A DNA stretch of 64,000 nt from Asterias rubens (GCF_902459465.1 NC_047067.1:19778001-19842000); one strand, 5' to 3'; shown: positions 49,673 through 63,071, numbered from the stretch's first letter. The notes: generated from the sequence alone by a model not told the origin. Made by a program: numbers and translations.

Positions 49673-51149
49673 CTTTTTCTGGTAAGGGGCACTTCTGTGA
49701 GGGAAATGTCAATGGGTAACTTTGCAAAGGGCACCACGCTAAAAGCACAGGGTACCAAAGGCAATTGTTGGGGTTGATGTGGGTTAATTAGAGGCTTGAG
49801 GATGAAGCGCATCATAATAATTTTATTCATATAACTCAGACAGTTCCGCTATTCCTATTGGCGGAGAGTGCGTCACCGATGATAAGTGTTGGAACATGGA
49901 CATGACACGCGAGCTTGCAACACCTGTGCTTAATACAGTTTCTTTATTCCTATAGGTCGAGAGCACCGGCTGAAACAGTTGGACCACATCACGAGATACG
50001 CACACAGCATTCCCTTATAAGGAGTTGTTTACCCGATCAGGCCTTATCATTTCATAGCTGGAGGGGTGTTGTGTTGAAAGAAATCATTGAACAATTATAA
50101 TTTTTGCATTTATTTTACTTTTTGACCAAAAAGTGTTGATGTTTTTGATCAAAAAGTCATTTATTAATGGGAATCAAAGTGTGTTGAATCGGTTTTCAAC
50201 AAGTGGTTTAATGAAAACCTCTTCACCACACATTGATTCCCTTATTCTTAGATAGATGGCGCTTTAAAGGTTTTTATTATTATTATTAAGTGTGATTCCA
50301 AGCACACCTTCATTTTAGTATATCTGGATAAACAGGCAGCAGACAAACAGATGAGTCAAATTAATACATTCAATCAATTCATGTTCCATCCTGGACAATT
50401 TTATTAAAACCTCTCTGAATTCAGAACAAATCCCAGTTCTTATGCACATCTCCATTGTGTGCGTAATAAAATAATACACTCATAACCAAACTCAGTCCTT
50501 CAATTCATTAAAACTTCTACATCCTATTATAAAAAGGGGACTGATCATCACACATCCAAGTCATAATGTTTTTTTCTTTGTCTCTCATAGGACTTTCTAA
50601 CTCATCAAAGCAGAGTTTTAAGTACAATATCAAACTTTAAAACATGGGGAATACATTCAAAAAGTGTTTTTTTCTTCTTCTTTCAAACATGGTAGGGAGC
50701 ATAATTTCACAAACAAGTTTTATCTTAAGCCGAGTTGCTAATACCACCATGGTGATTTGTATTGATATCACACTTTGCTTAGCAACTAAAGTTGCTTAGC
50801 AACTATAATGGATTTGCAGCTCAAGATTAATCTTGGCTCTTTGTGAAATCAACCCCCAACAGATTACAGGTTTTAATAATTCACACAAAACGCGGTTATT
50901 ACCCCTCTAAGAATTGTAGCGTGAAACAATGCAACTGATTGGACAATTAATGGCATGCCTTCTTCCGATTGGACAGTGTATGACATGTCTCATTCTGATT
51001 AGCTTCAAACAATTCATCATCAAGCTTGTGATGCAAATTGCTTGTTTCGTTATTTCTTAAAAAACCTACTGGGTAAAAATCCTCAGATTTGCTGTCTATT
51101 AAAAGTTGCAAACGAGATAATGGTATAAAAAAAGTGCAGTCAATAACAA

Positions 51150-54135
51150 CTTTCAGAGGGGTTTATTATTATATTTTTTGTTTTAAATGTCACAACAGTT
51201 GGGTAAATATAACAAACTATCTCAAACACTGAATATTCACCACACTCAAAGTCAATCACTCAAAGATTAAACAGTCACCATGATTGTGTCGGACAACACA
51301 TTATGATCGGTGTAATACTTGAGCGAATCGCTAAGTATAAAAAAGTTACATGCATCATAACAAAAAAACTTGAACGATGTGCACGGCAGGAACAAAAAAT
51401 CTGCTCAGTAAAAGTCTAAAAAATTAAGTACGTGTAACAAAAAAAAAATTCTGTAGAAAAATTCAACAGTTTATTGGCTAAAAAGTAGTATATAATATAA
51501 GAACTCTGTAGAAATTTAAGTAAGAAGTGCATACTGTTTGTACAGCCCCGAAGTACAAAATGTTCATTTCCAACTTGTGGAGTCAAAAAGACATTACATA
51601 CAAAATATGTACAAAGATGTTACAGTGTGTTATACAAACATGAGATTGGTTTATGTATGTCTCGACATTAACAGGCATTTGTTTTGTGTCAAAATCACTG
51701 ATTATGTCTTCGTCAAATTAGAAGCTTTTTAAAAGCTCATTTTTTTCCAAAAATTATGGCGGTTGAAAAACGCAGCGATCCAGTTTTTGGATGATCACAT
51801 CTCACTCGGTGATAAATCTACTTAAAAATTTTCAGGAATAAAGACATTTGTACTTCCAGCATTTCCAACAAATAGAAACCAGTATGCAATCAATAAAAAA
51901 AAATACCCGTTCAACAAATTTCAGCAAAAATCGGAAGGTAATAATAACAGGTGCGTTGTCACACAGAGGAAATTACTGTTTGGAATTGGAGAAATTTTTG
52001 CACAAGTTGAAAGTTAACTGTTGCAGGGATGATGGTGAAAAAAAAACCACTAAAAAGGTTTGGAATTATATCTATAAAAAATTATTACAAAAAGGATACA
52101 TAATGCCACTGCAAACAGTTGTTATTCGGATATACTTTTTTTTGCGCACACAAAATTCAAAATAATGGCAACTTTTTATTATGAAATTATTCTTTTGGGG
52201 AGACAATGTTTGTATTAACTTTAACAAGAAACCAAAACACTTCAAAGAAATGTTGTTAATTATTTTGTTAACTAGTTTTACTAACTTGTATTTTTTAAAT
52301 TTAATTGTGACATTCAACACTCAAATTAATTAATAAAAAAAAAGAACAGAAAATGTGTCACAAAGATATTTTTTAAATTTACGCAAAATATACCAATATA
52401 AGTTCTATTGGTGAAAAGAAAAAACAAATTCTGAAACAGTATTCAAAATGTGCATTTTTAATCTTGATTATGTTTTTTATTGCCCATTGGTTCCAGATTT
52501 AAAGTACATTTGTAATTCAGAATATGTTTGTAAAAAAAAACATTGTGGGCATCAAAAATTCATTAGGGTAGAGAAATTCTTCAAATCAGTCACACAACCA
52601 CTTCATCGTTCTCTACACAATTACATGCAATTCTTTGCATAGAACATTAAGTCTTCACCCTAGATCACAAATAGAATCTTCCAAAATAATTACTGTTTTA
52701 CAGAGTGAGGTATTCAAGAGGTAAGGAGATTCCATTTGCGATCAGGGAATAATTTTCTTCACATCATTTTTGTCTTTCAATAACTTTTCAATAATAAGCT
52801 GCTGACTGGTGAATATATTTATTCTAAACAAAAAAATATTGCGAAAGAAAAACAAAAAATCTCCACAAAATAATTTTGCTCTTTCTATGATGAACTGAAG
52901 AAATGATTCATAAAAAACCCCTCCCCAAGATTATTAAAAATTATCTATAATCTCAAAATTAATTTGAATTATGAATAAGGTCCCACACATAAAACACAAA
53001 TAAAATTGATCACGTTTACAAACATTGTTTTGCCTAAAACATTTGTTTTTTCCCTTCAAAATATACCCCCAATAAGAAATGGGATTTCCACATCATACCT
53101 TTTGAGGAAAAAAACCCAAAAAAAAAACCCAAGAGTTTTCAATCATCCCAGAAATTTGAAATAATCGATTGTTTTATAAACGGCTTGTCTATTTGCACTT
53201 ACAATCATCATACAGGGCTGGAAAAGGCTCTCCTCACACTTTGCGCCACTCACTTTTTATTTTCTGTTTTATATTTTTGATAATTTTTTACATCCTTTAT
53301 AACTTTTTTCATTTTTTTTTTTGGAAGTGAAATGGACTTAAGTGCACAGATCAAAGTTTTTAGCTAACTTTTTGAATCTCGTTCTGAGGGACCAGCCCTG
53401 GCATGTTTCCAGCCCCGGCTGTTACTGTGTATATATTTTATAAAAAACAACAACAAAACATTATAGAACTCACAAACTGGAGAGTTTGTCCATTTAGACC
53501 ACAGCATCACTGACTTCAAAGAAAAAACACACACACAACAAAAAGTTCTGCCCGTGAAACCGCAAAAAGAAAAAAATATAATATGGAAGACAGTCAGACC
53601 GTAACGTATTCATTATAAGCTGAGACCAAGGGTTTATCAAAAATTCAGCTCAGTATTGGCAATATTTGGCAAATACATAGCTACAAAGCACTTCTTTCTG
53701 TACAACCCACTGATTTATACCGGTCTGTATTATGACAAGTCAGTGTACATGTACTAATAATTTCCACTGAAATTGGACACTTCAAGACAATAGGTGGCAG
53801 CAGACAAAGCTGTGCATTGAGAGGTTTCTAACATGGGCAGACCAGCAAGTAGTTGCTTTCAGTCCGAATGGAACACAACCAAAATACAGTCTAGTATGGC
53901 ACCCTGAACATTTGATGTCCAATTACTCACAAAATGTTGTTCTGTGTATCGGAATAAAATCTTTTACTGAATCTTCTTTCCAAAACCTTGGTCTCAGCTT
54001 AAAAATAAAGAAAACAGAGAGCCCCCATGAAATCTTCTCAGCAATTCTATGAGGGATTCAACAAAAAATAATACAATAATCCCCCACAGAATCGCCAAAA
54101 ATTTAGATTTCACAAGGGCATCACCAACGCCTGCG
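51150..54135 (-). other. Probable long U-rich 3' UTR of cyclin D
   Basis: About 3 kb that is repeat-poor and very U-rich on the minus strand. Candidate AATAAA at ~51163-51168 and ~51471-51476; the true end is unknown. Confidence 0.4.
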
Positions 54136-54372
54136 TTATGATAAACTTTGTGGTGCTTGTAGTCTAGGTTTTGTCATCGTTGGGGCCATGCTAGGTCCAG
54201 ATTGGCAGAGAAGTTTCGCGGCCTCTTGTACATCCGTTGGTGTCGTGGGTTGCTCCTTATCGTAGTCGTTCTCATGGTGCTTTGTGGCCTCAGCGAGGTC
54301 AAGGGTCATGGGATGTGTAAGACTGTCCGAAAGCAGGGACTCCATTCTCTCCTGACAAGACACAAGGCAGTC
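54136..54372 (-). CDS. CCND: D-type cyclin, last coding exon (DCLVSCQERMESLL...QPTTPTDVQE...QSLS*)
   Basis: Acceptor ttctacag| at 54374-54373, phase 0. Matches DCLRACQEQIE and the TPTDV phosphodegron of vertebrate cyclin D. Confidence 0.92.
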   Translation of the reverse strand, partial: DCLVSCQERMESLLSDSLTHPMTLDLAEATKHHENDYDKEQPTTPTDVQEAAKLLCQSGPSMAPTMTKPRLQAPQSLS

Positions 54373-55981
54373 CTGTAGAAGCGGAAGAGAAATAAAACAA
54401 ATATGAATGAAAATGAAAAATATCATGGAGGAACACACAATTATACACACTGCATTTGACCCCTTTTCTTTCCCTAAGCGTCCTGGGAAAGATCACTTGT
54501 AAGCCTGACCCACACTGAGGTCAGAAACCTAAAGTTCCCAATCCCAGTCACTGGGGGTAAATTAAATCCCAATGCCCTCAATCTGAACAAGCAATAAAAT
54601 TCATACTAGAACCGTCTGTGCATTGCGCTATAGCTCCATGGTAAGCGCGACCAATAGACCCCTGGGCCATCCCCGACTGGCAAAAAATTTGGAGCCCCTT
54701 TTTTCCCGTTTTGGAAATCACTCTATAGCTTCAGGCCTTTCCAAAGAAGAATAGACCAAATCAGAAATATGCCCTTCAAAAATTGCCCTTAGTTGAGTTG
54801 GCCCCTTTTGAATTCCCCTTCCAACAAACTGGGTAGATTACTGGGCAAATTACTGAGGGTCACAACAAATTGTGTAGAACCTGGGGTAGGCTAAAGTTTG
54901 AGACTGGTGGTACTAAATTGCTGTCAGGTCGTATCCAAAGTTGCGACTACGGCTATTGCTAAGGGTGTTGCTATGGCTGTCCTATACTTCATTGCATGAT
55001 GTTGCAGCAATTCAGCCTTTTAATAGCCAGAGTGCCAGACACAGCCTCACTTGTTAACTTATTTCTGACCTGCCCCCCCCCCCCCTTCTAAAAAGAAACA
55101 GAAAAAAATGATTGGGTAAAAGGGCAACAGACCATGGCAGAAGCAGCAACTCTATACTTAACTGGAGGTATGTTATTGTTACACTACAAAGATTATCACA
55201 GAAAGGAACTGTGGGAACTAAAAACAAACAAAAGAAGGGCATTTCCTGATCATAAACGAACAGGACTAAGGGCCATCGATTCCACTTAGTACAAATAATG
55301 AAGCAATACCACTGGAGAGCCCACTGGGGGTAAAACAAGATCAGACCTTCAATTCTAGGGAGATTCATCCCAAAGTCTGGAGGAGACTGTCTGAATCCAA
55401 AAAAGGAAATCAAAACACTCCAGGAATTTCAGAGCTGCTGGCCAAGGGATGCCAAGGGAAAAAGCCTGTCTGGACAGTTAATAAAACTTTATAAGGCCAC
55501 CTGTAGGATAGTTGGAATGTGCAATGAACTTGCCCCTTTTCATAAACGTGCAGTTTTTTTGTGAGGCAAACTTGATTCAACCTTAGAGTTCACAAATTTG
55601 CCAACACTGTTCGCACAATAGGGCAGTGATTACACACAAAAAAAACCTCAGTGTTATTTATGTATTTTCTTTATATTCAGGCACAAACTAGAGTGATTGA
55701 ATATGCCATGCTTTTAGTGCTGTGGGACCCATCCTGTTACTTCCTGGACATGTGTAGGGGATTTAGGAATCACTGTAAAATGCATTCCTCCGGGTTTGGT
55801 GACAGGTTTAAGGTCTCTTTCAAATTCCGAGCCAGACTCTCTGGTAATTTGTAACAGTTGAACCAGACAAATGATCTTTGGGATTGGATAACGGGATAAT
55901 CAAAAGGTAAGATTGTGATGCAAGATTTAATTATTTAATCAGAGGGAACTTGAGATATTCAGATTAAAATTATTCAATTAA

Positions 55982-56310
55982 AGACAGTGGACACTATTGG
56001 TAATTGCCAAAGACCAGTCTCCTCACTCGCTGTATCTCAACATATTGCGAGATAACTATGAAAGAAAAAAACACCCTTGTCACATGAAGTTGTGTGCTTT
56101 CAGATGCTTGATTTCGAGACCTCAAGTTCTAAACTTGAGGTCTCGAAATCAAATTCGTGGAAAATTACTTCTTTCTCGAAAACTACGTCACTTCAGAGGG
56201 AGCTGTTTCTCACAATGTTTTATACTATGAACCTCTCCCCATTACTCGTTACCAAGTGAGGTTATATGTTGATCATTATTTTGAGTAATTACCAATAGTG
56301 TCCACTGCCT
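55982..56310 (+). mobile_element. MITE family A copy with internal deletion (cyclin D intron)
   Basis: TTAA flanks at 55978-55981 and 56311-56314; TIRs as above. Confidence 0.85.
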
Positions 56311-59300
56311 TTAAGGAATAACATAGACCTATGCATTGACCTCATCCAGCCACCAACTCAGAGGTAAAACGATGACAAAAAAAACAACCAAAACGAACAG
56401 ATTTGTACACACGCGGCACAAGTTTGGCCAATGAATGGCCGCTTGTTAACCTCTAAGTGAGGGTGCAAAAATTCTGTCTTTCATGAGAGATGAAGGTAGT
56501 TACACAAATATCGGAAACAGTTTAGTTGATTTGTGTTGTAAAGTCCTCCTCAAGACAGAACACAACATTGTGATCAAACACTTCGTTGACCCCAAATAAC
56601 CCAAAGTGAAAAATGCGTCCACAGCAGTCAATAACACCAACCATTTAACAAGTTAAGGCCATAATAATCCTCAGGTATTTAGAAGTCCTTCTGAGGGCCA
56701 ACACAGAGCCAGTCATTATTCAAGGGAAAAAATGTTCAGTTGAGCAAGTCCCTCAAAAAGCAACACTTTAGTTTTGTCTTTATTGCCGCCTGTAAAATGG
56801 TGTGAAGACATTCACAGTATCATCCCTCCATATGAATTGGAAATTGTCACTTCTTGTCAGGAAATGGAGAACTTGGAATTATGGGGTTAACAAATAAAGA
56901 AAGGCTTCTGTGGATAAACTATTTAGAACTTTCACTGGCAAAGAAGTTATTAGAAATCTGGGGTTTTAACCTCCACAGACTTTACTAACAAGAACAGCTC
57001 CCTCCTCTGATAAGGTGTGCCTATGTTTCTGGAAATATATTCAAATTCGCTATAACTGGATATCAGAGGTCATAGTGGTCGTCCTTGTATGGTCTTTGTC
57101 GCCTACTCAGGGAGGAAGCCACTTTGCTTCTTAATGACCCCGCAGTGGGATATAGGTCTAGCACCGGAGGTTTCACCATGGATGTATAAACAATGCCTGT
57201 AAGATGATACTAAATCAGGTATCTGAGGAGAAGGGGTGCTGGCTCGATTCGGGAAAGCAGATATTATCAATTTACCTCGACTCCAGTGTCAGCGGGAAAC
57301 ATTGGAAATCATAACTCAACCATTTTTTATGATAAATTGAGCCTCAAGCAACTTCAATTTGACGCTATCTGAAAAACATAAAATCTAAGGTGACGGCCTT
57401 TATACAAATTGTGAAAAATTAATAAAATAAAAAATATGGAAAAGTTTTCGAGAGATATGCAGTTTTTCACTCAGAAACCCCCCCCCCCCAATTTTGTTTA
57501 TATTTTCCAAATCCTTACTTTACAAAAAGGAAGGCTCATACAAAAAATATCTAATACTTTTTGAGACCAAAACCAATTGAAAAACATAAATATAACAATA
57601 CTGACAGGGACAGTGAACATTATAAAACCCATCACACAGTTGATCAAAGAAAGACAAACAATGAACCATACTGCCAGGGGTCCCTTCCTCTAGCAGTGCA
57701 CGATTTTACCTTATGGACCCAGCGTGCAAGTTAAATAAAAAACAGCTCCCAGTACAAATATTTAAGTTGGCTAACTTTATGGTGTGGTAGATAGATGGAA
57801 ATACCTTTAAGTCCAAAGCAAACCTGGACTTCCTATCTCAAACCTCAAACCAACAAACACCAGTTGATTACACACACAAAAGGCCTTTTGGCTAAGCAGA
57901 CATTTCGCTCTGTATATCAATTAGACTTAGAAGAGGTTGTGTACAAAGTCTGTCTGGTTCCCCTTGTGGTTTGGGGCTAAATCAATAGGGAGATTATCAA
58001 CAAGTTAGGGTATCAATCTACTTCCTCCTACCAAAAACTTAAAAAAACTAAACCCCATCTCTGTGTACATATGCTAAGAAAATAAAGATGGCTGCCCCAC
58101 TTAAATAAATCAAATCCAGTGGATGTAAAGTTTTGTTGGTATGAGCAGCTGAATGATATCTCAGCAACAGAGGTTTATTTGTTAAAGGACAGCCCAACTC
58201 TTTAAAATACCTGCAGCATGTGGCTTATCTAAACCACCCACTCTGCTGGTATCAGGGCCTATGCCCTTGCAGGAGCACAAAATGTGGCGATGTAATTTGT
58301 ACCAAATTCCAACCAAAATAGTGGCAAAGTAGCCTTGTACACAGCCAACCAATCCTGGGTCCCCTGCACACGAACAATATACCCCTCAGTTGGCCAGACT
58401 TTCTAGGGATTGGCCTCAAGGATTTCTTAATAGGAGGTCAGCGGGTCATTCCTGGGCTGGTTCCCACCGTTTCAACTGCAGGGGTGAACTCCGCTCTCTC
58501 GTCTGATTGCACTTATCAATGTTACCTCTCTGTTAACCACTTCTTTTACAAGTAGTACTCAAGAGAATTGTCTAAGGAAACAATCGGACATTCCTCAACA
58601 GACTGACCACCTCCCACAAGAGAAATATATAACCGTCAAGGAGACATGAAACAAACAGTTAATCAAACATTTACTTTGCAATCATTATGCCAGCCTGGGA
58701 AACAATTATATCCCAATGAAAGAAAATCGGAAGGAATGCGATCAATGCATCCGCACCAGAAAAAAAAACAAATTCAAGACTTGCTCTTTTTTTTCTTTCT
58801 TTCTTCCCAAGTCCTTCCATCACTTTAAGGTGTGGGTGGTAGACTTGTGTATATGTAAACAAAAGTCTGAAACCCAGTCTGTGCCACCAAGAGGTGGAAG
58901 TTGGAATCGGAGACCTTTACAGCATACCTTCCCAGGCTGGCCTAGTAACCCACTCTACCCTCCTTGGCTTTTTCCCTTGTATACTAGGTCTCACTTTCAG
59001 CTGCTTATTTGCTCTGCAACTGTAGCGGGCTGGATATTGGATCAATAAATACTGGTATACACCTCATCTTAAACTCACTGTTAATACATATTCTATGGAC
59101 CCCATGGAAGGAAAGGTTCAAGTTTTAAGAAGAAAACAAAATCGGAAGTTCAAGTGTGATTGTTTTTCTGTACACAGTGAAATCGACCTCCAGGTGACCC
59201 TAGTGCTTGTTGATTTTTGGAGGGAAACTAAGGTAACTTATTGGTCTTGGATTATCACAATTCAAAGAGTTTTTACATCATGTCTTCACAGGCTTCATAT

Positions 59301-61410
59301 AATTGTACTATCACTGAATTAAGGTAAGAGGATTGATGGAAGGCAACTGTTGTCTTTCACTCGCTCAGCCATGATAAAAAGAATCAAAGAATCAAGATGT
59401 CGAATTGAAAACCCGATTGTCAAAATGGAACCACAATTCTTTATCATCTCCCTACCCAGAAACCAATAGAAAAGCAGAAAAATGACCCCCAAAAAAGTGT
59501 CAATTAAAGGGCGAACAGGTGCATGAGGGCAGTGGCCGGCCAACCAACTTATTAGACATTCCATCAGGTAGCAGAAGTCCATATCGCCATGGAAACAACT
59601 TCAGGGAGGGTAACTCAAAAGTAGGTCACCTGTTAATACAGCATCAAACTCAGTGTATTTGGGGGGGGGGGAGGGCAGGAATTTTAGGCAAGAGGTGAAT
59701 AGAGAGCAGACAGGGTGATCATCTGAATTATGGGGCCACCTCAGAGGGAATTCAAACAGGGGTCTGGGAGTGGGTTGGTAGGAGGCCTGAAGGTTAGGTA
59801 CAGGTAGGGTTCACCTTTCTCTATGGTTTTTAGAAAGAGGACTTGGTGTGTGGAGAACTTAATTACACAGATTAAGAAAATGTTGTTGTATTGTAACTTT
59901 TGTTAACAGAGCTAGGTGGAGCACCATCTTAAAGAACAGAGGGGAGAAACTTCAGGAGGAAGTTCACCAAGAAATATGACAAGTGAAAGTTAACGATGAA
60001 TCAATGCGAGCAATGAAGCAAGGCTGTCGAGTCAAATCAGGAGGCTGGAATTTTGGGTGTGATAAGGTCACCGCACAATGACATAATAACATAACAACAG
60101 AAGAACCGAAAGTGCTTCTCAAACTTTGAAAAATGTGGGAACCAAAATGTTTACAAACCAACGGCTCCCCCTCCTAGCAACAAAAGAACACAAAACCAAA
60201 AAGTATATACACTTTTCACCCATTATGGTTCTGGCTCATTTCGGAAGGTCTAATTTGTTGAACCCTGGCCAAAAAAAATGTCTTTAGACCTCCTGTGGTC
60301 ACAAGTTATCCTCAAAATGTTGAGGGAGATGACGCAAACCACATTCCTTTCCCAGAATCGGCAAAAACTACAACAAACCCTAAGAAAGGAACCTACTTTA
60401 CATGACAAGTGTCAGTCTGATGTAAATCTAACTACCAGCTCACTCGAAAACACTATTGTAATTTTCCCTCAGGACCGAATCGGAAATGTTAATTTATTTG
60501 TTATGAAATGGGTAGTTGTGATTCGTAACTCACCATCCTATGGTGGGTTACGATTACGATTATCATTATCTCAACTATGAAATGGGGAACTATTGTTCCC
60601 AGCAGCTATTCTCTTCTTCCTTAACACCCAGTCCCCAGCATTATTGCAGGAAATGGAATGTACTTTTATGTAACATTACCCCCAGGTCGTCTTTAGACTA
60701 GACTTAGTGGAATTCCAATTAATTCCTAGACTAATTTCTCACACACTATACAGGAAACTATCAGATTATCCAGACTGAGCTATGGCTACAGCAAATGAAA
60801 AACAGGCAGTGATTTGTGACAAGGAACTACTTACGGTTGGGTTACAAATGTCTCAACCAGGAATTTAGTTCTGTTGTTTCGTTAAATATTTACTGAATTA
60901 TTTTTTTTCCAGCAAAAAGTATTTATACCAACCCGGACCACTATCTTTAAAAATGTTGAGGTTGCAAGAATCTGATGTCGTGACAAAACAAGGAAGATTT
61001 CCTCCATGGTTAAAGATAACACTCTCGTTATTCACAACAACGGTCCTCTCATGGGATTATTGTGGTTGCCATGGTTACAAGAGGTTTCAAGCAGGTCGAC
61101 AAACTTAGATGTACTGTCGTTCAACCAAACCTGTGCTCGTAAAGACACACTCAGAGTTTTCTGTTGTATTGCTATGAATGGCGGTAAACAAATTGAAATG
61201 AAACTTAACCCGGGCATCCTATGCAAATTATTACAGATAAAAAGCGCTGACTTGGCTACTTGACTTCCACTGTCATAAGGTGTATTACGAACACCATGCT
61301 TTTACTTTTAGAGGCGACATTTGTAAAAAATATATAGCCAACCTTCCTTTATTGCAGCCTTTTACAAGGTAACACCTAGCTAGCGGGGAAAAATATATCG
61401 TTCTTAAACT

Positions 61411-61584
61411 CAGGCCTGATACTTCATGGAGGCAACGAAGATAATTGCCTCCATGCCCCCTTGTCATCGCCTTGGTGCCCTTGAAATGCTCCAGTAGAAA
61501 TTTCCTCATAAGGCGTACCCTTTACCAGAAGGAGAAAACGCCTTGGTGCCCTTGCCCTTTACAAAAACGGAGCATACAGGCCTG
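61411..61584 (+). mobile_element. Short 174-bp element with CAGGCCTG ends and probable 6-bp TSD
   Basis: Starts CAGGCCTGATACTTC, like the 3602 TIR; flanks TAAACT/TGAACT match at 5 of 6 positions. Confidence 0.65.
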
Positions 61585-62940
61585 TGAACTGTTGAGGTGA
61601 ATGTACTGGAGGCTTTAAATTGTTTTTTTCGTCACAGACAGTTGGTTGACAGCAACACTGTGCGAGCCAGCTTAAGTCCAAAATTCCCCCATGTGTACAC
61701 AATAAGACTGATCCAATCTTCTGTTCTATCAACAGGAGACGAGAGCCTCTACTAAAAACCCTCATCAAGGATTAGCACTGGTGTGGAAGAGTAAACTCCA
61801 AACTGTCTCTTTGTAACACATCATCAAGGATGGGGTATTTTGTAAGGAATTATCTAACAAGTGTCCTGTACACCACCAGTGGTATAAAGAAAGCTCATCC
61901 TGGTCTTACAATGTAACAAAAGCCATTATGAGAAACCAGCAAGGTTTAGGATGCAAGAGACACTAGCTTCACAAGGGTTTCCTTTTGTCCAAAAATGAAA
62001 CCCGGATACCTTAAAGGTTGTTGAGCACAATAAAATGTGGCTTACAAGAATAAGGGTACCAGCCAAACTACCACGTCCCATGTACAATTTGCGACTGATA
62101 TCCTGCTCATTTCTGCTAAGCAGCCAATTGTTAAGCAATAATTTTTGCTTAAGTAGCTCTGGGAAATTGGGCCCTGGAAAGAGGGGGGGGGGGGGGGGGT
62201 ATGTAACTCTGATAGGCCAAACTTGACCACTTTTTGTTTGTGCAAACATATTTTCTATAAGAAGTATGACAACCAACACTAACAGCCACAAGTCATATTT
62301 GCTGAAGGACACTGAATAAAGCCATAACGAAGACCAATCAAAATGCCGCAAGATCAGAGTTGCTAGGTATCCATCCGGGGCTATTATAATTGATGGTTGC
62401 TAAGGGACAGATGGGTAGGCCTCCAGGCATGTTTAAAAAGAGAGCAGGGTTTGTTAGGTAAACACAAACGGGTTCTCAGCACAGTGTGTACAGTTGGATT
62501 TCCGAAGCTCTTTTCAGTCAGAGGTCTGAGCCAATCAAAAAACACAAGTGCTAATTACTCACAGGCAAGCACTAAAGTAAATATACCGGGTTTCCCGCAG
62601 TCATTCTGAAGTACATCAGCCTCATTTCCGATGTTGGGGTCTCTAGATAAATTTACTCACTTTACAAAGGGAGGTACAGTTTGAAAAGATGGGGGGGGGG
62701 GGGGTTAACTTTGGAACAATGGGGGTTTTGGGGGCTGCTGTGGAGTCAATTTGCGAGAATTGGACTCATGATAACTTGCGTTTTAGGAGAACCAACATTG
62801 TGGCGTTCGTATACATCTCTTTAATGTCCAAGACTTTGGTCCAATCAAGTAGAATTTTGTAAAAACTTGCAACCAATCAGGGTACTGCAACTTCATTGTT
62901 GAACCAATCAAATAAAAGGATTTTTGAAAAGAGGACTTAC

Positions 62941-63071
62941 CGATTCAATTTTTGTTATCCTTTGTAGTTGATCGATAAGTTTTGGGATTGGTATGTGTGA
63001 TGAACCATGTGCTACTGCACCAACACTACTAGCTGCTATCATTGAGGGAGGTTGCATTGCAAAGCTGTATT
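62941..63071 (-). CDS. CCND: D-type cyclin, penultimate coding exon (EYSFAMQPPSMIAASSVGAVAHG...LQRITKIES)
   Basis: Acceptor cttgcag| at 63073-63072 (phase 1) and donor TCG|GTAAGT at 62940 (phase 0). Matches the FAMYPPSMIATGSVGAA region of cyclin D2/D3. Upstream exons lie beyond the window. Confidence 0.93.

Noticed and set aside
49554-49830. Repetitive Cys/Pro-rich ORFs
   Set aside because: Products of the 41-bp tandem repeat, which is not a multiple of three.
2432-56259. Recurrent ORFs such as FETSSSKSEVSKSNSWKITSF (2432, 19140, 34208, 55997/56077)
   Set aside because: These are translations of the non-coding MITE family A body.
60523-60551. 13-bp hairpin CGTAACTCACCAT-CCT-ATGGTGGGTTACG as a ncRNA
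   Set aside because: Too short for a pre-miRNA, with no supporting context; likely a repeat remnant.
62182-62704. Poly-G tracts as special G-quadruplex elements
   Set aside because: Similar G/C homopolymers are scattered throughout the window, so they appear to be genome background.
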